DNA of 64,000 nt, taken from contig CAVPXI010000004.1 in assembly GCA_963709585.1 (NCBI GenBank), positions 128,001 through 192,000 of the forward strand, read 5' to 3'. Positions 31,567 to 42,496 of the stretch are shown one piece after another (position 1 is the first letter of the stretch; each line of letters starts with the position of its first letter). The notes beneath the pieces are model-generated. The model was not told the origin of the DNA, made no database searches, and saw only the letters and a list, made by a program, of their open reading frames with translations. The translations under genes were made by a program, and so were the position numbers. The DNA is from Candidatus Dormiibacterota bacterium. Its GTDB lineage: Bacteria; Chloroflexota; Dormibacteria; Aeolococcales; Aeolococcaceae.

Positions 31567-31948
31567 CGACTGCGCGGTCGCGTCGATAGCCGGCTGCGGC
31601 ACCCGGCAACGCGTCCATGCACGCGCACCCTCCCAGCGCATGCACCGATTTCGAGGACCCGCGTTACTACCTCGTCACCCTCTGGGATGGCGTCGCGTCG
31701 CAGTGGTCTTAAGACAATCGTCCTACCGCAAAAGGGGGGCGCGCGTCATGGGGAGCCCGAGCTGCCGGGGTCAGGCCGGTGGCGTCGGACTCCTCAGGGG
31801 ATGGAATCGACGATGTGAGGGGGCTGTCCCGCAAGGGCGGCCGGAGTGATGGATGTGATGCCGGCAGACGAGCGACACAGATTCGTCTGACGCTCGGTGC
31901 GAAGGTGTGACGGGACTACGGGGGAACAGTGCCGAATAGAGAACCAAT

Positions 31949-33790
31949 GTGAGGGACAGCTTGAAATCCGCAGTGATGGGCGGCATCTCGACCAGCCCGG
32001 CCGTGCAGCCGGCGGGGCCGGGAGTGGCGCTGCAGCCCGTGATCGACCTCATCGACCGCGTCGATCTGGGGTACGAGGCGCTGCCTCGGCCTGCGAACAC
32101 AGCGCCTCGCTCGGTGATCGCCGCTGCCCTGACGCTCGCCCAGCACACCGGTCCGGCGGTGCTCCTCGTCCCGCTTCACCGAGACCTGCTGACGGCGGGC
32201 GATTTCGACGTCGCGGCGATGGCACGGCGGCACCTTGTCAATCCCGGCGAGCTCGCCTGGATCATCCACAGTGAGATCGACACCGACCTCGAGGACGACG
32301 GCGTTCGGCGGCTCCTGCAGCTCCGTGACCTCGGATATCTGCTCGCCGTCGACGGTGTTCTCTCCCCAGCGCTCGATCGGCGCCTGATCGCCGATCTCAG
32401 ACCCGACTTCGTCTTTCTCGATCCGTCCGTCCCCGAACGGCTGCACGAGAACGAGGTGGCCAAGGCGCATCTCGCCGCCGCGGTGGTCTACGTCGCCCGC
32501 CTCGGCGGCCGGATCGTCGCGCGCGGCATCGATACCAAGGCGACCGCAGCCGCTCTTGCCGAGCTGGGCGTCCAGTACGGCGTCGGGCCCCACCTGGCAC
32601 ATCCACTCGTCGTGGAGGCCGAGCTCGCCGAACCCATGGACGAGGTGGTCCCGGTCGCCTGGTTCCAGCGGCGCGAAGTCCGCGTCTTCCGAGAGCGCGG
32701 CGACACGCTGAGCGCCCCGATCGAGCTGACCCCACTGCCGGCGGAGGGCGCGTCGGTCCTCGACGACCGCGGCTTTGCCCGCTTCCTCGTCGACGCTGCC
32801 CGCACCCTGCAGGCCGAGCACGACCCCGAGCGCATTCTCGAGATCGCCGCTGATCGCGTCGGCCAGTTGATGGGATTCGACCGCCTGGCGATCTTCGAGG
32901 CGGACTGGGAGCGTCATCGCTTCCGGCCACGCGTCCTCGCCGGTGCCGGAACCCAGGGGTTCCTCGAGATCGAGGTTTCCCTCAACGAGGGAATCACCGG
33001 ATGGGCGTTCATGCGCGGTCAGCCGTATCGGTGCGCCGACACGGATTCGCACCCGGCGGCGTCCACGATCCCCGGCACGCTGCGCGAACCCAAGTCTCTG
33101 CTCCTGGTTCCGTTGATCGCGGGTGACCAGCGCCTCGGTGTGATCGACGTCTGGCGCGACGGCCTCGACGCCTTCACCGAGGAGGACCTGGAGCGATGCG
33201 CGCTGCTCGGTTTCGTCACGGCCGCGGCGTGGAGCAACGCTCAGATGTACGGCGAACTGGAGCGGCGCGCCCTGACCGATGCGCTGACCGGGCTCTTCAA
33301 CATCCGCTGGTGGCGAGACATGGGTCCGCGCGTGATGTCGCAGAGCCTGCGCACCGGCGCCGGCGTTGGCATCCTCCTGATGGACCTCGACTATTTCAAG
33401 CAGATCAACGACAGCGCGGGTCACGCGGCGGGAGACTCGGTCTTGCGCGCGGTCGCGCGCGCCGTGCGCCGCGTGGTTCGGGACAGCGACTACGCGGTGC
33501 GCTACGGCGGCGAGGAATTCCTCATCGTGCTCACCAATTCGACAGTCGAGGGCGCCATGCGTGTGGCCCAGGCACTGCAGGCGGCGATCGCCGAGCTGCG
33601 CGCGCCGACCTCCGAAATCGAGCGCGTCACGGCGTCGATCGGGGTCGCCGTGTTCCCAGATCACGGACAGGAGCTGGACGACGTGGTTGCGGCTGCGGAT
33701 CTCGCTATGTACCAGGCGAAGCGAGAGGGGCGCGATCGGATCGCCGTCGCGCCGATATCGCTTCGCGAGCTGGCGGGCCCGGAGGGCTAA
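31949..33790 (+). CDS. Diguanylate cyclase, degenerate EAL-GAF-GGDEF
   Basis: YEALPR but no DDFGTG; GAF domain; DLDYFKQIND, RDSD I-site, GGEEF. Confidence 0.88.
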   Translation: MRDSLKSAVMGGISTSPAVQPAGPGVALQPVIDLIDRVDLGYEALPRPANTAPRSVIAAALTLAQHTGPAVLLVPLHRDLLTAGDFDVAAMARRHLVNPGELAWIIHSEIDTDLEDDGVRRLLQLRDLGYLLAVDGVLSPALDRRLIADLRPDFVFLDPSVPERLHENEVAKAHLAAAVVYVARLGGRIVARGIDTKATAAALAELGVQYGVGPHLAHPLVVEAELAEPMDEVVPVAWFQRREVRVFRERGDTLSAPIELTPLPAEGASVLDDRGFARFLVDAARTLQAEHDPERILEIAADRVGQLMGFDRLAIFEADWERHRFRPRVLAGAGTQGFLEIEVSLNEGITGWAFMRGQPYRCADTDSHPAASTIPGTLREPKSLLLVPLIAGDQRLGVIDVWRDGLDAFTEEDLERCALLGFVTAAAWSNAQMYGELERRALTDALTGLFNIRWWRDMGPRVMSQSLRTGAGVGILLMDLDYFKQINDSAGHAAGDSVLRAVARAVRRVVRDSDYAVRYGGEEFLIVLTNSTVEGAMRVAQALQAAIAELRAPTSEIERVTASIGVAVFPDHGQELDDVVAAADLAMYQAKREGRDRIAVAPISLRELAGPEG

Positions 33791-33804
33791 GCTCCAGCAT
33801 CGTC

Positions 33805-34584
33805 ATGGATCTTCGCCGATTCCCCGTTACCCAACGAACGCTCCTGTTGCGCAAGGTGCCGGAGGTGACGGCGGGCTTCTGGGTCACCAAGGTGCTGAGC
33901 ACCGGGATGGGTGAGGCGACCTCGGATACGCTCGTTCGTGCGATTTCCCCGTACGTCGCGGTCGCCCTGGGCGCTGTCGGATTCGTCGTCGCGCTGGCGC
34001 TGCAGTTTGCGGCGCCGCGGTATCGACCCTGGATCTACTGGCTGGCGGTCGTCATGGTCGCGGTGTTCGGCACGATGGCCGCCGATGTCGTGCACATCGA
34101 GTTTGGCGTTCCGTATGTGGTCTCGACCGTCTTCTTCGCGGTCGTGCTCGCCGCGGTGTTCGCGGTCTGGTACTCGAACGAGCACACCCTCTCCATCCAT
34201 ACGATCAACACTCGGCGGCGCGAGGCCTTCTACTGGCTCACGGTGGTGACCACCTTCGCCCTCGGCACCGCGGCCGGAGACATGACCGCGACGACCTTCC
34301 ACCTCGGCTTCTTCGCCTCCGGCCTGCTGTTCACGGCCCTGATCGCGATTCCGCTCGTCGCACACAAGTGGTTCGGCTTGAATGCGGTCTTCGCCTTCTG
34401 GTTCGCATACATCCTCACCCGGCCGCTGGGCGCCTCATACGCGGACTGGGTCGGCGTTTCACACGCTCGAAGCGGCCTGAACTGGGGCTCCGGGATCGTC
34501 AGCCTCGGCATGACCGTGCTGATCGTCATCGCCGTCGGCGTTCTTGCGGCCACCCGTCAGGGCGATCCGGCCGAACAGCCGTAG
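33805..34584 (+). CDS. COG4705/DUF347 membrane protein
   Basis: KVPEVT..FWVTKVLSTGMGEATSD, FGTMAAD, LGTAAGD, LTRPLGAS.ADW repeats. Confidence 0.88.
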   Translation: MDLRRFPVTQRTLLLRKVPEVTAGFWVTKVLSTGMGEATSDTLVRAISPYVAVALGAVGFVVALALQFAAPRYRPWIYWLAVVMVAVFGTMAADVVHIEFGVPYVVSTVFFAVVLAAVFAVWYSNEHTLSIHTINTRRREAFYWLTVVTTFALGTAAGDMTATTFHLGFFASGLLFTALIAIPLVAHKWFGLNAVFAFWFAYILTRPLGASYADWVGVSHARSGLNWGSGIVSLGMTVLIVIAVGVLAATRQGDPAEQP

Positions 34585-34596
34585 CTCAGGCGAGGC

Positions 34597-35389
34597 TCAG
34601 AGGCCGGGAAAGACGTCCCTGAGCGTGTCCAGGCCGACCCCGTCAACCTCGATCGCTGCCGGGGTGTGCTCCGGATCCAGCCTGCCGTACACGAGCCGCA
34701 CCAGCGCCGCCGCCGGCATCCGAACCTTCGCGGTCGCGGGACCGGTTTCCGCGGCGCTCGCCATGCCGGCGGGGGTGAGCGTCACCGCGTCGGACACCGA
34801 GAGGCGAAAGGTGCGGTCGGGGTCGGTGGTGGTGATGTCGACCTCGAGCGGCCCGTACTCCGGCTTCCCCGATCGACCTGCAACCTGGTCGAGGCGGCCG
34901 ATCATCGAAGCGACCGCATCCGCTGCGACCTCGGCCGACGGGTCGCGGATGACGACGACGTCCCACGTGTGGATCGCGTGCTCGGAGAGGCGCATGCCCA
35001 GAAGCCGGTTCGCGTCGGCCAGGCGTTCCGAACAGGGTCATCTGCAGCGAATCGAGTTGAGCTCCCGGGACCGCATCGACCCGCTGCAGGAAGGCGGAGT
35101 CAGCGATGAGGCTGTTGCGCGCCTGCTCGGTCGGGCTCATCGCGTTCCAGACGTCCCAGATCCTGGCGAACTCCTCGCGGCCTGGCGCCTCGGCGCCGGC
35201 AAGTCCGGCGTCGAGGAGCAATCCGAAAATCTGCGCACCACTCCCGATGTGCGACAGCACCTGTGCCGTCGACCAGTCACTGCAGTACGAGGGTCCGGAG
35301 ATTTGATCGTCCGTCAGCGGACGGGTGGCGTCATCCAGCCGGTGGTGCGACGCCCACAGCACGGCCAGCAGCTCGGTGTTGGTGCTCAT
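34597..35389 (-). CDS. MDMPI/DinB-superfamily thiol-dependent enzyme (frameshift near 35027)
   Basis: PSYCSDWSTAQVLSH...RLSEHAIHTWD...LVYGR. Confidence 0.85.
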
Positions 35390-35400
35390 GTCCTTTTCCC

Positions 35401-37665
35401 TCAACGCGACGCGGTTGTCTGCAATGGTGGCGCCGGTTCCGGGGGGCTCGCGGCGAGCACTCGGGACGGCTCTCCCTGACGCCACAGTCCGGACGGCCAC
35501 CAGTTCCTACGTCCCAGGAGCACAACGATCGCGGGAACCAGAATGGTGCGAACCACGAAGGTGTCCATCACCACCCCGAAGGCAACACCGTAGCCGATCT
35601 GCTGAATCTGCGAGCCTCCCGACGCGCCCCCGCCCGCGAAGGCGAGCACCGCGAAGGTCCCGCCGAGGATGAGCCCGGCGGTGGTGACCGTGGTACCGGT
35701 GGCGCCAATCGCCTTGCGCACCGCGTCACGCGTGCTCAGGTGATGCAACTCCTCGCGAATGCGGGTCATGACGAGCACGTTGTAGTCGGACCCCAGCGCC
35801 ATGAGAAAGACGAACATCAGGAACGGGAGCACGAAGTTGAGCCCGCTCTGACCGCCGAGGTGGACGAAGATCAACGCTGTCAACCCGAGCGCAGCGAGGT
35901 AGGAGAGCAGGACGCTCGTGACCAGGTAGAGCGGCGCCACCAGGCTGCGCATCACGATCGCGAGCAGGATGGCGATGAGCACCGCGACCACGGGAATGAT
36001 GTGCCACAGGTCCGACGAGGACAGCTTGTCCACGTCGTACGCGAACGGCTGAATGCCGAAGACACCCTGCGCATCCGCGTGGACCGCCGCGCCGGAACGC
36101 TCGGCGAGAGTCCGCAGCGCCGGAACCTGGCTGATCGGCGGCGACGCACCGCCTGGCTCGACGCCGATGTACTGGACGGTGCGTCCGTCGGCGCTGACGA
36201 ACCGGGCGAGCGCCGCCGTCGCGAGCGTGTTGCCGCCGACGTGCACCGCCACGAGCTGCGCCGGGGTCAGCGCGTGTCCCGAGAATGCCAGCGGCCCTTC
36301 GACGGTGGCGAAGGAGGCGCCCGTCTGCAAGCTCGTCTGGATCGTCTGGAGATCGTCGGCGTGCGACCAGATCGGGGTGGCGAACTTGAAGAGGAATTCA
36401 GTCGCATTCAGATTTGCGCTCCCGTAGTGCTCGGCGACGAGCGTGTCGCCGGCGGCGGAATCGGTCCCGGTCGGCGCGGACTGATCCGCGAAACCGGCCG
36501 TGGTGGTGCCGATCTGCCCGAGGGCGATCGCGCCGAAGATGATCGCGCCGATGATCGCGATCGGCATCGGACGTCGAACCACAACCGCGGCGATGCGCCC
36601 GTAGACGTTCGCACGCGGGTTCTCCACGAGCCGGGACCGTGACGGCCAGAACACGGCGCGACCGAAGATCGCCAGCAGACCCGGGAGCAGCGTGAGGCCC
36701 GCGATGAGCATGAGCCCGATGCCGATGGCAAGCCCTGGGCCGAGCGCCTGGTAGAAGCTGAACTGGGCGATGATCAACGACATCAGCGCGGCCATCACAA
36801 TCAGCGCGCTGAAAGTGATCAACTCCCCGACCGTCGCCACCGCGCGCCGCACGGCGTCCTTGGGTTCGAGCCCTCGTCGCAATTCCTCTCGCGTTCGGAA
36901 GACGAGGAACAGCCCGTAGTCGGTTCCGGCGCCGAGTACCAGGACGATCAGGATGAACTGCGTGATCGCCGACACCTGCACACCGAGATGGGTCGCGCCG
37001 GCGATGACCGGGCTGGCAAGCGCGAGCACCAGTGCCGCGGGCAAGAGCGTCACCAGCGGCGCCAGCAGGGCTCGGAACGCGATGAGCAGCAGCACGATGA
37101 TGAACAGGATCGAGAACTGCTGGATATTCCCCTGCGAGCTCTTCGACTGACTCTGCTGATCGACCAGACCAGGGATCGTCCCGGTCAGATGGAACTGGAG
37201 TCCCGATGCGTCAGCGGGAAACGTCGCTCGGATGGCCGCCACCAGCGATATCGCGTCGCTCCCGGCGCCGAAGGGCGGCAGGTCGGTGACCACCTGGGCC
37301 TGCTCGGCGTGCTTGTCCGGCGAGAGGCCGAAGTCCTGGACGCGAAGGACGCCGGGGAGCCGGCGGATCTTCGTCTCGATGGCGCTGATGCCCTGCACAT
37401 CCGCGGCGTTCAGCGGACCGCTCTCGCGCGCGGCGATCAGGGTCGCGACCCCGTGCTGCAAGTCCTGGAACGGCTGCGCCAGGTTCTCAGCCTGGACAGA
37501 CGGTGAGCTGGCGGGGAGAAAGCTGCTCTGGTTCCCCTTGGCGACGTCTGACAACCCGGGGAACACCTTGACCGAGACGATTGTGATCAGCACCCACCCG
37601 ATTACGATCGGCCAGCGGAATCGGACCGAGAAGTTCCCGATCGAGGCGAAGACCCGACCGGTCAC
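35401..37665 (-). CDS. MMPL family transporter
   Basis: GAGTDYGLFL..R.REE and ALGSDYN..RIREE repeats; MDTFVVRT..VPA. Confidence 0.92.
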   Translation of the reverse strand: MTGRVFASIGNFSVRFRWPIVIGWVLITIVSVKVFPGLSDVAKGNQSSFLPASSPSVQAENLAQPFQDLQHGVATLIAARESGPLNAADVQGISAIETKIRRLPGVLRVQDFGLSPDKHAEQAQVVTDLPPFGAGSDAISLVAAIRATFPADASGLQFHLTGTIPGLVDQQSQSKSSQGNIQQFSILFIIVLLLIAFRALLAPLVTLLPAALVLALASPVIAGATHLGVQVSAITQFILIVLVLGAGTDYGLFLVFRTREELRRGLEPKDAVRRAVATVGELITFSALIVMAALMSLIIAQFSFYQALGPGLAIGIGLMLIAGLTLLPGLLAIFGRAVFWPSRSRLVENPRANVYGRIAAVVVRRPMPIAIIGAIIFGAIALGQIGTTTAGFADQSAPTGTDSAAGDTLVAEHYGSANLNATEFLFKFATPIWSHADDLQTIQTSLQTGASFATVEGPLAFSGHALTPAQLVAVHVGGNTLATAALARFVSADGRTVQYIGVEPGGASPPISQVPALRTLAERSGAAVHADAQGVFGIQPFAYDVDKLSSSDLWHIIPVVAVLIAILLAIVMRSLVAPLYLVTSVLLSYLAALGLTALIFVHLGGQSGLNFVLPFLMFVFLMALGSDYNVLVMTRIREELHHLSTRDAVRKAIGATGTTVTTAGLILGGTFAVLAFAGGGASGGSQIQQIGYGVAFGVVMDTFVVRTILVPAIVVLLGRRNWWPSGLWRQGEPSRVLAASPPEPAPPLQTTASR

Positions 37666-37754
37666 GCCCCCTCCCGCTTGGGCACGGCGGGCGCCATGGT
37701 GGGGAGGGAGAGGTCAGCCATCGGGTCGAGTATGGGTGCGCCGCGTTCCTTCAT
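37662..37754 (-). CDS. Possible 30-aa leaderless upstream ORF coupled to the MMPL gene
   Basis: MKERGAPILDPMADLSLPTMAPAVPKREGA; TATTAT 7 nt upstream; GTGA overlap. Confidence 0.35.
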   Translation of the reverse strand: MKERGAPILDPMADLSLPTMAPAVPKREGA

Positions 37755-37804
37755 GGCACGGATAATACAGTGCATGAAGCTTTTTGCGGCATTCGGCGCC
37801 CGAA

Positions 37805-39208
37805 TCAGGAGTCGAAGCCGAGCCCCACGAGGTCAAGTGCTCTGAGCCAGAGATTGCGGTGCCCGTCGTTGCGGTCGGCGCGATCGAGCGACCAGCGTGT
37901 CAGCTGCACGACGCCGAAGCGCAGCGGTTCCGGAGGAAACGGCAGCGGGCGGGTTCGGACCATGCGCAGTGCTGTCCGCTCGGTTCGTCTCCCCTCGAGC
38001 AGGTCGAGCATCACCTGAGCACCGAAACGAGACGCGCCCACCCCGAGCCCGGTGTATCCGAGCGCAGAGGCGACGCGCCCGCCGTGGCTGGTTCCCCAGA
38101 AGGCACAGAAGCGGCTGCACGTATCGATGGCGCCGCCCCAACGATGCGTGAACCGCAGTCCCGCGAGCTGCGGGAACGTCACGAAGAAGTGCGCGGCCAG
38201 CTTGTCGAACGTATTCGCCCGCTGTTCGAGCTCGACGCCGATGCGATTCCCGAAGTGGTAGACGGCGTCGTAGCCTCCCCACAGAATTCGTGAGCCGCGG
38301 GTCAGTCGGTAATAGTGGAATTGATTCCCAGCGTCAGCAATACCCTGGCGATTCGCCCATCCGATCGACGTCAGTTGTGCGGCGGTCAGCGGCTCGGTGA
38401 CGAGCACGTAGTCGTAGACGGGGAGGATATAGGGGCGCAGGCGGGGCAGCAGCGGCCGATCGGCGTTGGTTGCGAGCGCCACGCGCCGGGCTCGGACGCT
38501 GCCCCGAGCGGTTGTCAGTCGAATCCGCTCCGTCTCGGCATCGATGCGCGCAACAGCGGTGTTCTCATGGAGGCGTACGCCGGCGTCGAGGCACAGCAGG
38601 CGCAGCCCCCACGCCAGCTTCGCGGGGTTGACGATGGCGGTCCGGTCGTGGGTCCACAATCCGCCCTGATACGAGGGCGAGGCCACCTGCGTGCGCATCG
38701 CCTCGGCGTCGAGCGCATCAACGCGGTAGCCATGGGCGCGCATCGCTTCGGCGACCTCGACGAGCTCGGTGTATTGCCACGGCGCCGTCGCCACATCGAG
38801 CATGCCGGTTCGCTCGAAGTCGCAGTCGATATCGTGTTCGCGAACCGTCGACGCGATGGCATCGAGATTCTCGACGCCGAGCCGCTCGAGGATCTCGAAC
38901 TCCGAGGAGAACCTGCTGAGACCATTGGCAAAACCATGCGTGAGGCTCGCATCGCAGAACCCGCCGTTACGGCCGGAGGCGGCCATCGCGGAGCGTCGCG
39001 CCTCGAGGATGACGACGTCGAGGGCCGGATTCCGCTGCTTGGCGAGCAACGCGGACCACAGGCCGGTGAAGCCCGCGCCGACGATCGCGAGATCACCGTC
39101 GGTGTGCCCTTCAAGGTGCGGTTCCGGTCGCGGTGCTCGAGGGTCGTCGAGCCAGAACACGGCCGGGGCGGCATCGCGGAGGGAGGGATGGCGTGGCACC
39201 TCGGACAC
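37805..39208 (-). CDS. FAD-dependent oxidoreductase (PuuB/DadA family)
   Basis: GAGFTG, ASGRNGG, VNPAKL, WGGAID, GYTGLGVG. Confidence 0.9.
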   Translation of the reverse strand: MSEVPRHPSLRDAAPAVFWLDDPRAPRPEPHLEGHTDGDLAIVGAGFTGLWSALLAKQRNPALDVVILEARRSAMAASGRNGGFCDASLTHGFANGLSRFSSEFEILERLGVENLDAIASTVREHDIDCDFERTGMLDVATAPWQYTELVEVAEAMRAHGYRVDALDAEAMRTQVASPSYQGGLWTHDRTAIVNPAKLAWGLRLLCLDAGVRLHENTAVARIDAETERIRLTTARGSVRARRVALATNADRPLLPRLRPYILPVYDYVLVTEPLTAAQLTSIGWANRQGIADAGNQFHYYRLTRGSRILWGGYDAVYHFGNRIGVELEQRANTFDKLAAHFFVTFPQLAGLRFTHRWGGAIDTCSRFCAFWGTSHGGRVASALGYTGLGVGASRFGAQVMLDLLEGRRTERTALRMVRTRPLPFPPEPLRFGVVQLTRWSLDRADRNDGHRNLWLRALDLVGLGFDS

Positions 39209-39219
39209 GCGCGCGCTGC

Positions 39220-40735
39220 CTATCCGCGTGCCGCCGCGGCCAGCGCCGAGTTCTTCACCATGATCACCGCGAATCCGTCGTCGTATTCCTTCGTCCATTG
39301 GGGGTCCACTTCGAGCGCGAGCACCGCGGGCGCGCCGGGTACGTCGATGACGTAGTCGATGCCCCACTCCGCAAAGATCTGCTGCCAGTCGGCGTTGCCG
39401 GTCTCGACGTCACTCACCTGCTGCATGATCCGGGTGCCGAGCAGCGTCGCCTCGCCGAACGAGAAGACGCGCCGGTTCGGCTCGGGATAAAAGCGGTAGA
39501 TCAGGTATCCGCCCCAGCCGTATTGATTGAACATGCGGGTTCCAACGGTCGGGTGCGCGGCCAGCCAATCCGCCGCGCCTGCAGGGAAGTTGGTCGCGGT
39601 GGCACGTGTTTGATTGGAGAGTGTCGAGCGCACGAAGTACCCGGTTCCGAGCACCGCGATGACCACGACCGCGGCGGCGCCGGCGAGCATGTCGCGGGCA
39701 CGCGGCGCAATCCAGGCGCGGACTCGGCCTGCCAGCGCCAATCGCTCCCATCCCGCCGAGAAAGACCATATGAGCAAAGGCGTTTCCGCGGCGATGAACA
39801 GGGCGGCGTGGCGCACCGCCGACAGCGCCAGGTACGAGACGACCAGAAGTCAGGCAGACGTCCCACAACGATGGGCGCCGGAGCACGAACGCGACTGGGA
39901 GCAGCAGCAGCATCACCTCGAAGCCGCGCTCCTCGAGCACGTGGAAATTGGGCGACTGCCACTCGGCGATGAAGCTCTGCTGGATGCCGGAGAACTGCGG
40001 TTGGATGACGTAGCCGTAAAGGTGGATGCCGTTGGGAGTGATGACCGCCGCGACGGTGCACGCGACGAACACAAGCACCAGGTTCCGCGTGCGGCGCCTG
40101 TGGACGCCACCGTCAACTCTGCGCACCCAGTGCACCGCCTCGACGAAGGCTGCGACGCCAACCGGAACCAGGCCGAAGATAAACCCGCCGTGGAGATTGG
40201 CCCATGCGACCATCACCAGCGGGAGCCAGTAGATCGCGCGCGAGCCACCGCGCAGGTAGCGGTCGAGCCACAGCAACTCGAGGCAGGTGAGCGTGAAGGT
40301 GATCATCTGGGGGCGCGGTCCCCAGACCGCCGCGCCGGCCAACCCCGCGATGCCGATCACGAGCGCGGCGATCACCAGGTTGGCGTGCTCGAGCCGGACC
40401 CGCCGCCAGATGAGCAGGAAACCGACGAACGACACCGCGCCGAACGCGACTGACACCAGCGTGAGTCCACCAAGCTTGTAGATGAGGTAGGCGATGATCT
40501 CGGTCGTGTACTCGGGGTCGATCCACTGCTTGCCGCTCACGGTGAACGTGAAGAGGTCCTGCGAGACAATCCGGTGGTGATCGACCATCCACTGGCCGGT
40601 GGCGAGGTGCCAGAAGATGTCCGGATCACCGCCCCTGCGGACGAGCACGCAGAGGATCACCACGAACGCGGCGGCGACGAGGAGCTGTCCGGGCGTGATG
40701 CGGCGTAGGCGACGAGCCAGGGCTTCGGACATCAC
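39220..40735 (-). CDS. Polytopic membrane protein, putative GT-C-like transferase (frameshift near 39848)
   Basis: DIFWHLATG, RPQ, WANLHGGF, IAEWQSP, FNQYGWGGYL. Confidence 0.7.
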
Positions 40736-40860
40736 GCCGAAGGGTACTCAGTGCCAGGGATGGTGCGACCGAGAGCCTCATGTGTCACAAATCGGGGAGC
40801 TGCGGTGCTTCAGATGATGTGGTCGAGTCTTCCGCCCTTCAAGCTCTGGGCAGCCACACC

Positions 40861-41391
40861 GTGACCGGCGTCCCGCGTCCTACGACTGCCGTCGGCATCA
40901 GACCGACGAGCTTCGACAGGCTCTTCGACGAGGAGTACGCGAGGGTTGTCGCGATCGCGCGCCGCGTGCTCGGCGATCCCGTCGCGGCGGAAGACGTTGC
41001 CCAGGAGGTCTTCCTCGACCTTCACCGGCGATTCGGCGACACCCCGGGGGCCAAGGCGCCGGCATGGGCTCGGACCGCCGCCGCCCACACGGCCCTGAAC
41101 ATGATCCGGGGCAACCGGCGCCGGGCCGTGCGCGAGGAGCGGTATGCCACCGCACCCAGCCTCGCAAACGACCCGCAGGTGGCGATGGAGACGGCCGAGA
41201 CCACCCGGGCGGTGCGCGCCGCGCTTGGACGCATCCCGAAGCGACAGGCCACGGTGCTCGCCCTGCGGTACAGCGGTCTGAGCTATGCGGAGATGGCGTC
41301 GGCGCTCGGAATCGGGGTGAACGCGGTGGGAACGAGACTGCGGCGCGCCGAGGCGCGCCTTCGCAAGGAGGTTGGTGATGCACCCGTCTGA
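40861..41391 (+). CDS. ECF sigma factor (start uncertain)
   Basis: AEDVAQEVF region 2; LRYSGLSYAEMA..LG...VGTRLRRA region 4. Confidence 0.9.
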   Translation: MTGVPRPTTAVGIRPTSFDRLFDEEYARVVAIARRVLGDPVAAEDVAQEVFLDLHRRFGDTPGAKAPAWARTAAAHTALNMIRGNRRRAVREERYATAPSLANDPQVAMETAETTRAVRAALGRIPKRQATVLALRYSGLSYAEMASALGIGVNAVGTRLRRAEARLRKEVGDAPV

Positions 41392-42496
41392 CGGCACCCT
41401 GCGCCGCACACTCGACGAACCCGACGCCGTCGACGCCGCGAATCGCAAGCACGTGGCGGCGTGTGCTCACTGCGCGGCACGGGTTCAGCGCATGAGCGCG
41501 GACGCCGGATGGGTCCAGGCGATGCTGCCGGCCCATGACCCGGCCGTCGACGTGCCCGGGGCCCGCGCCCGGCTCCTGCGCACCGAGGCTGCCGCCGCGG
41601 ACGGGGTCGTGACGCGGCCGCACGCGGGACCGCTGCGCACCGCGAACAGACGAGCGAGCCGGGTGGTGGCTGGAGTCGGCATCGCCGCCGTCGCCAGCGC
41701 GCTGCTCGTGGTCACCGGAGGAGCCCAGGACTTCCTCAGCCTTTTCCAGCCATCGCAGCTCGCCGCCGTCCCGGTCACGGCCGCGGACGTCCGCTCCCTC
41801 GCGGGACTCACGAGCTATGGGACGGTCAGCGGCGGGTCGTCGATCGCCTTCCAACCCGAGCCGGATGCTGCGGCCGCGGGTGCCGCGGCCGGCCTCGGCG
41901 CACCGTTGGTGACGGATCTGCCGGCGGGGGCGCCCACGGCGCCGACGTACGCCGTTGTCTCGGGCGGTGTCATTGCCTTCACCTTCAACGCGGCGCTTGC
42001 CCGGGCGGCCGCCGCGCGCGCGGGCGGCCAGCTGCCAAGCATGCCCGCGGGGCTGGACGGCAGCACGCTGTCCGTGTCGATCGCGCCCGCGGTGGTCGTC
42101 TCCTACGGTGTCGATCCCGCCACGCTGCTCCAGGGTGGCAGCGTGCCCAGCGGCGAGGCGTTCGTCGTCGTCGCGTCGCGAACGCCGACCGTCATGTCGA
42201 CGGGTGTCACCGCTCGGCAGCTCGAGGACTATCTGCTCTCCGTACCCGGCATTCCCGCCGGGGTCGCATCGGAGATCCACGCGATCGGTGATCCCACCCA
42301 GACCATCCCCGTGCCCATCCCCGTCAACCTCGCGAGCGGCTCGGCGGTCACCATCAACGGCGCGCGCGAACTCCTGATCGGCGACTCGACGGGGCTCGGC
42401 AGCGCCGTGATCTGGCAACACAATGGCGTCGTGTATGCGATCGCCGGAACGCTGACCTCGACCCAGGTGCTCGGCGTCGCCCGTTCGACGCGTTGA
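41378..42496 (+). CDS. Zinc-finger (ZAS) anti-sigma factor with TM and extracytoplasmic domain
   Basis: HVAACAHC motif, TM, AAGGAGG RBS. Confidence 0.8.
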   Translation: MHPSDGTLRRTLDEPDAVDAANRKHVAACAHCAARVQRMSADAGWVQAMLPAHDPAVDVPGARARLLRTEAAAADGVVTRPHAGPLRTANRRASRVVAGVGIAAVASALLVVTGGAQDFLSLFQPSQLAAVPVTAADVRSLAGLTSYGTVSGGSSIAFQPEPDAAAAGAAAGLGAPLVTDLPAGAPTAPTYAVVSGGVIAFTFNAALARAAAARAGGQLPSMPAGLDGSTLSVSIAPAVVVSYGVDPATLLQGGSVPSGEAFVVVASRTPTVMSTGVTARQLEDYLLSVPGIPAGVASEIHAIGDPTQTIPVPIPVNLASGSAVTINGARELLIGDSTGLGSAVIWQHNGVVYAIAGTLTSTQVLGVARSTR

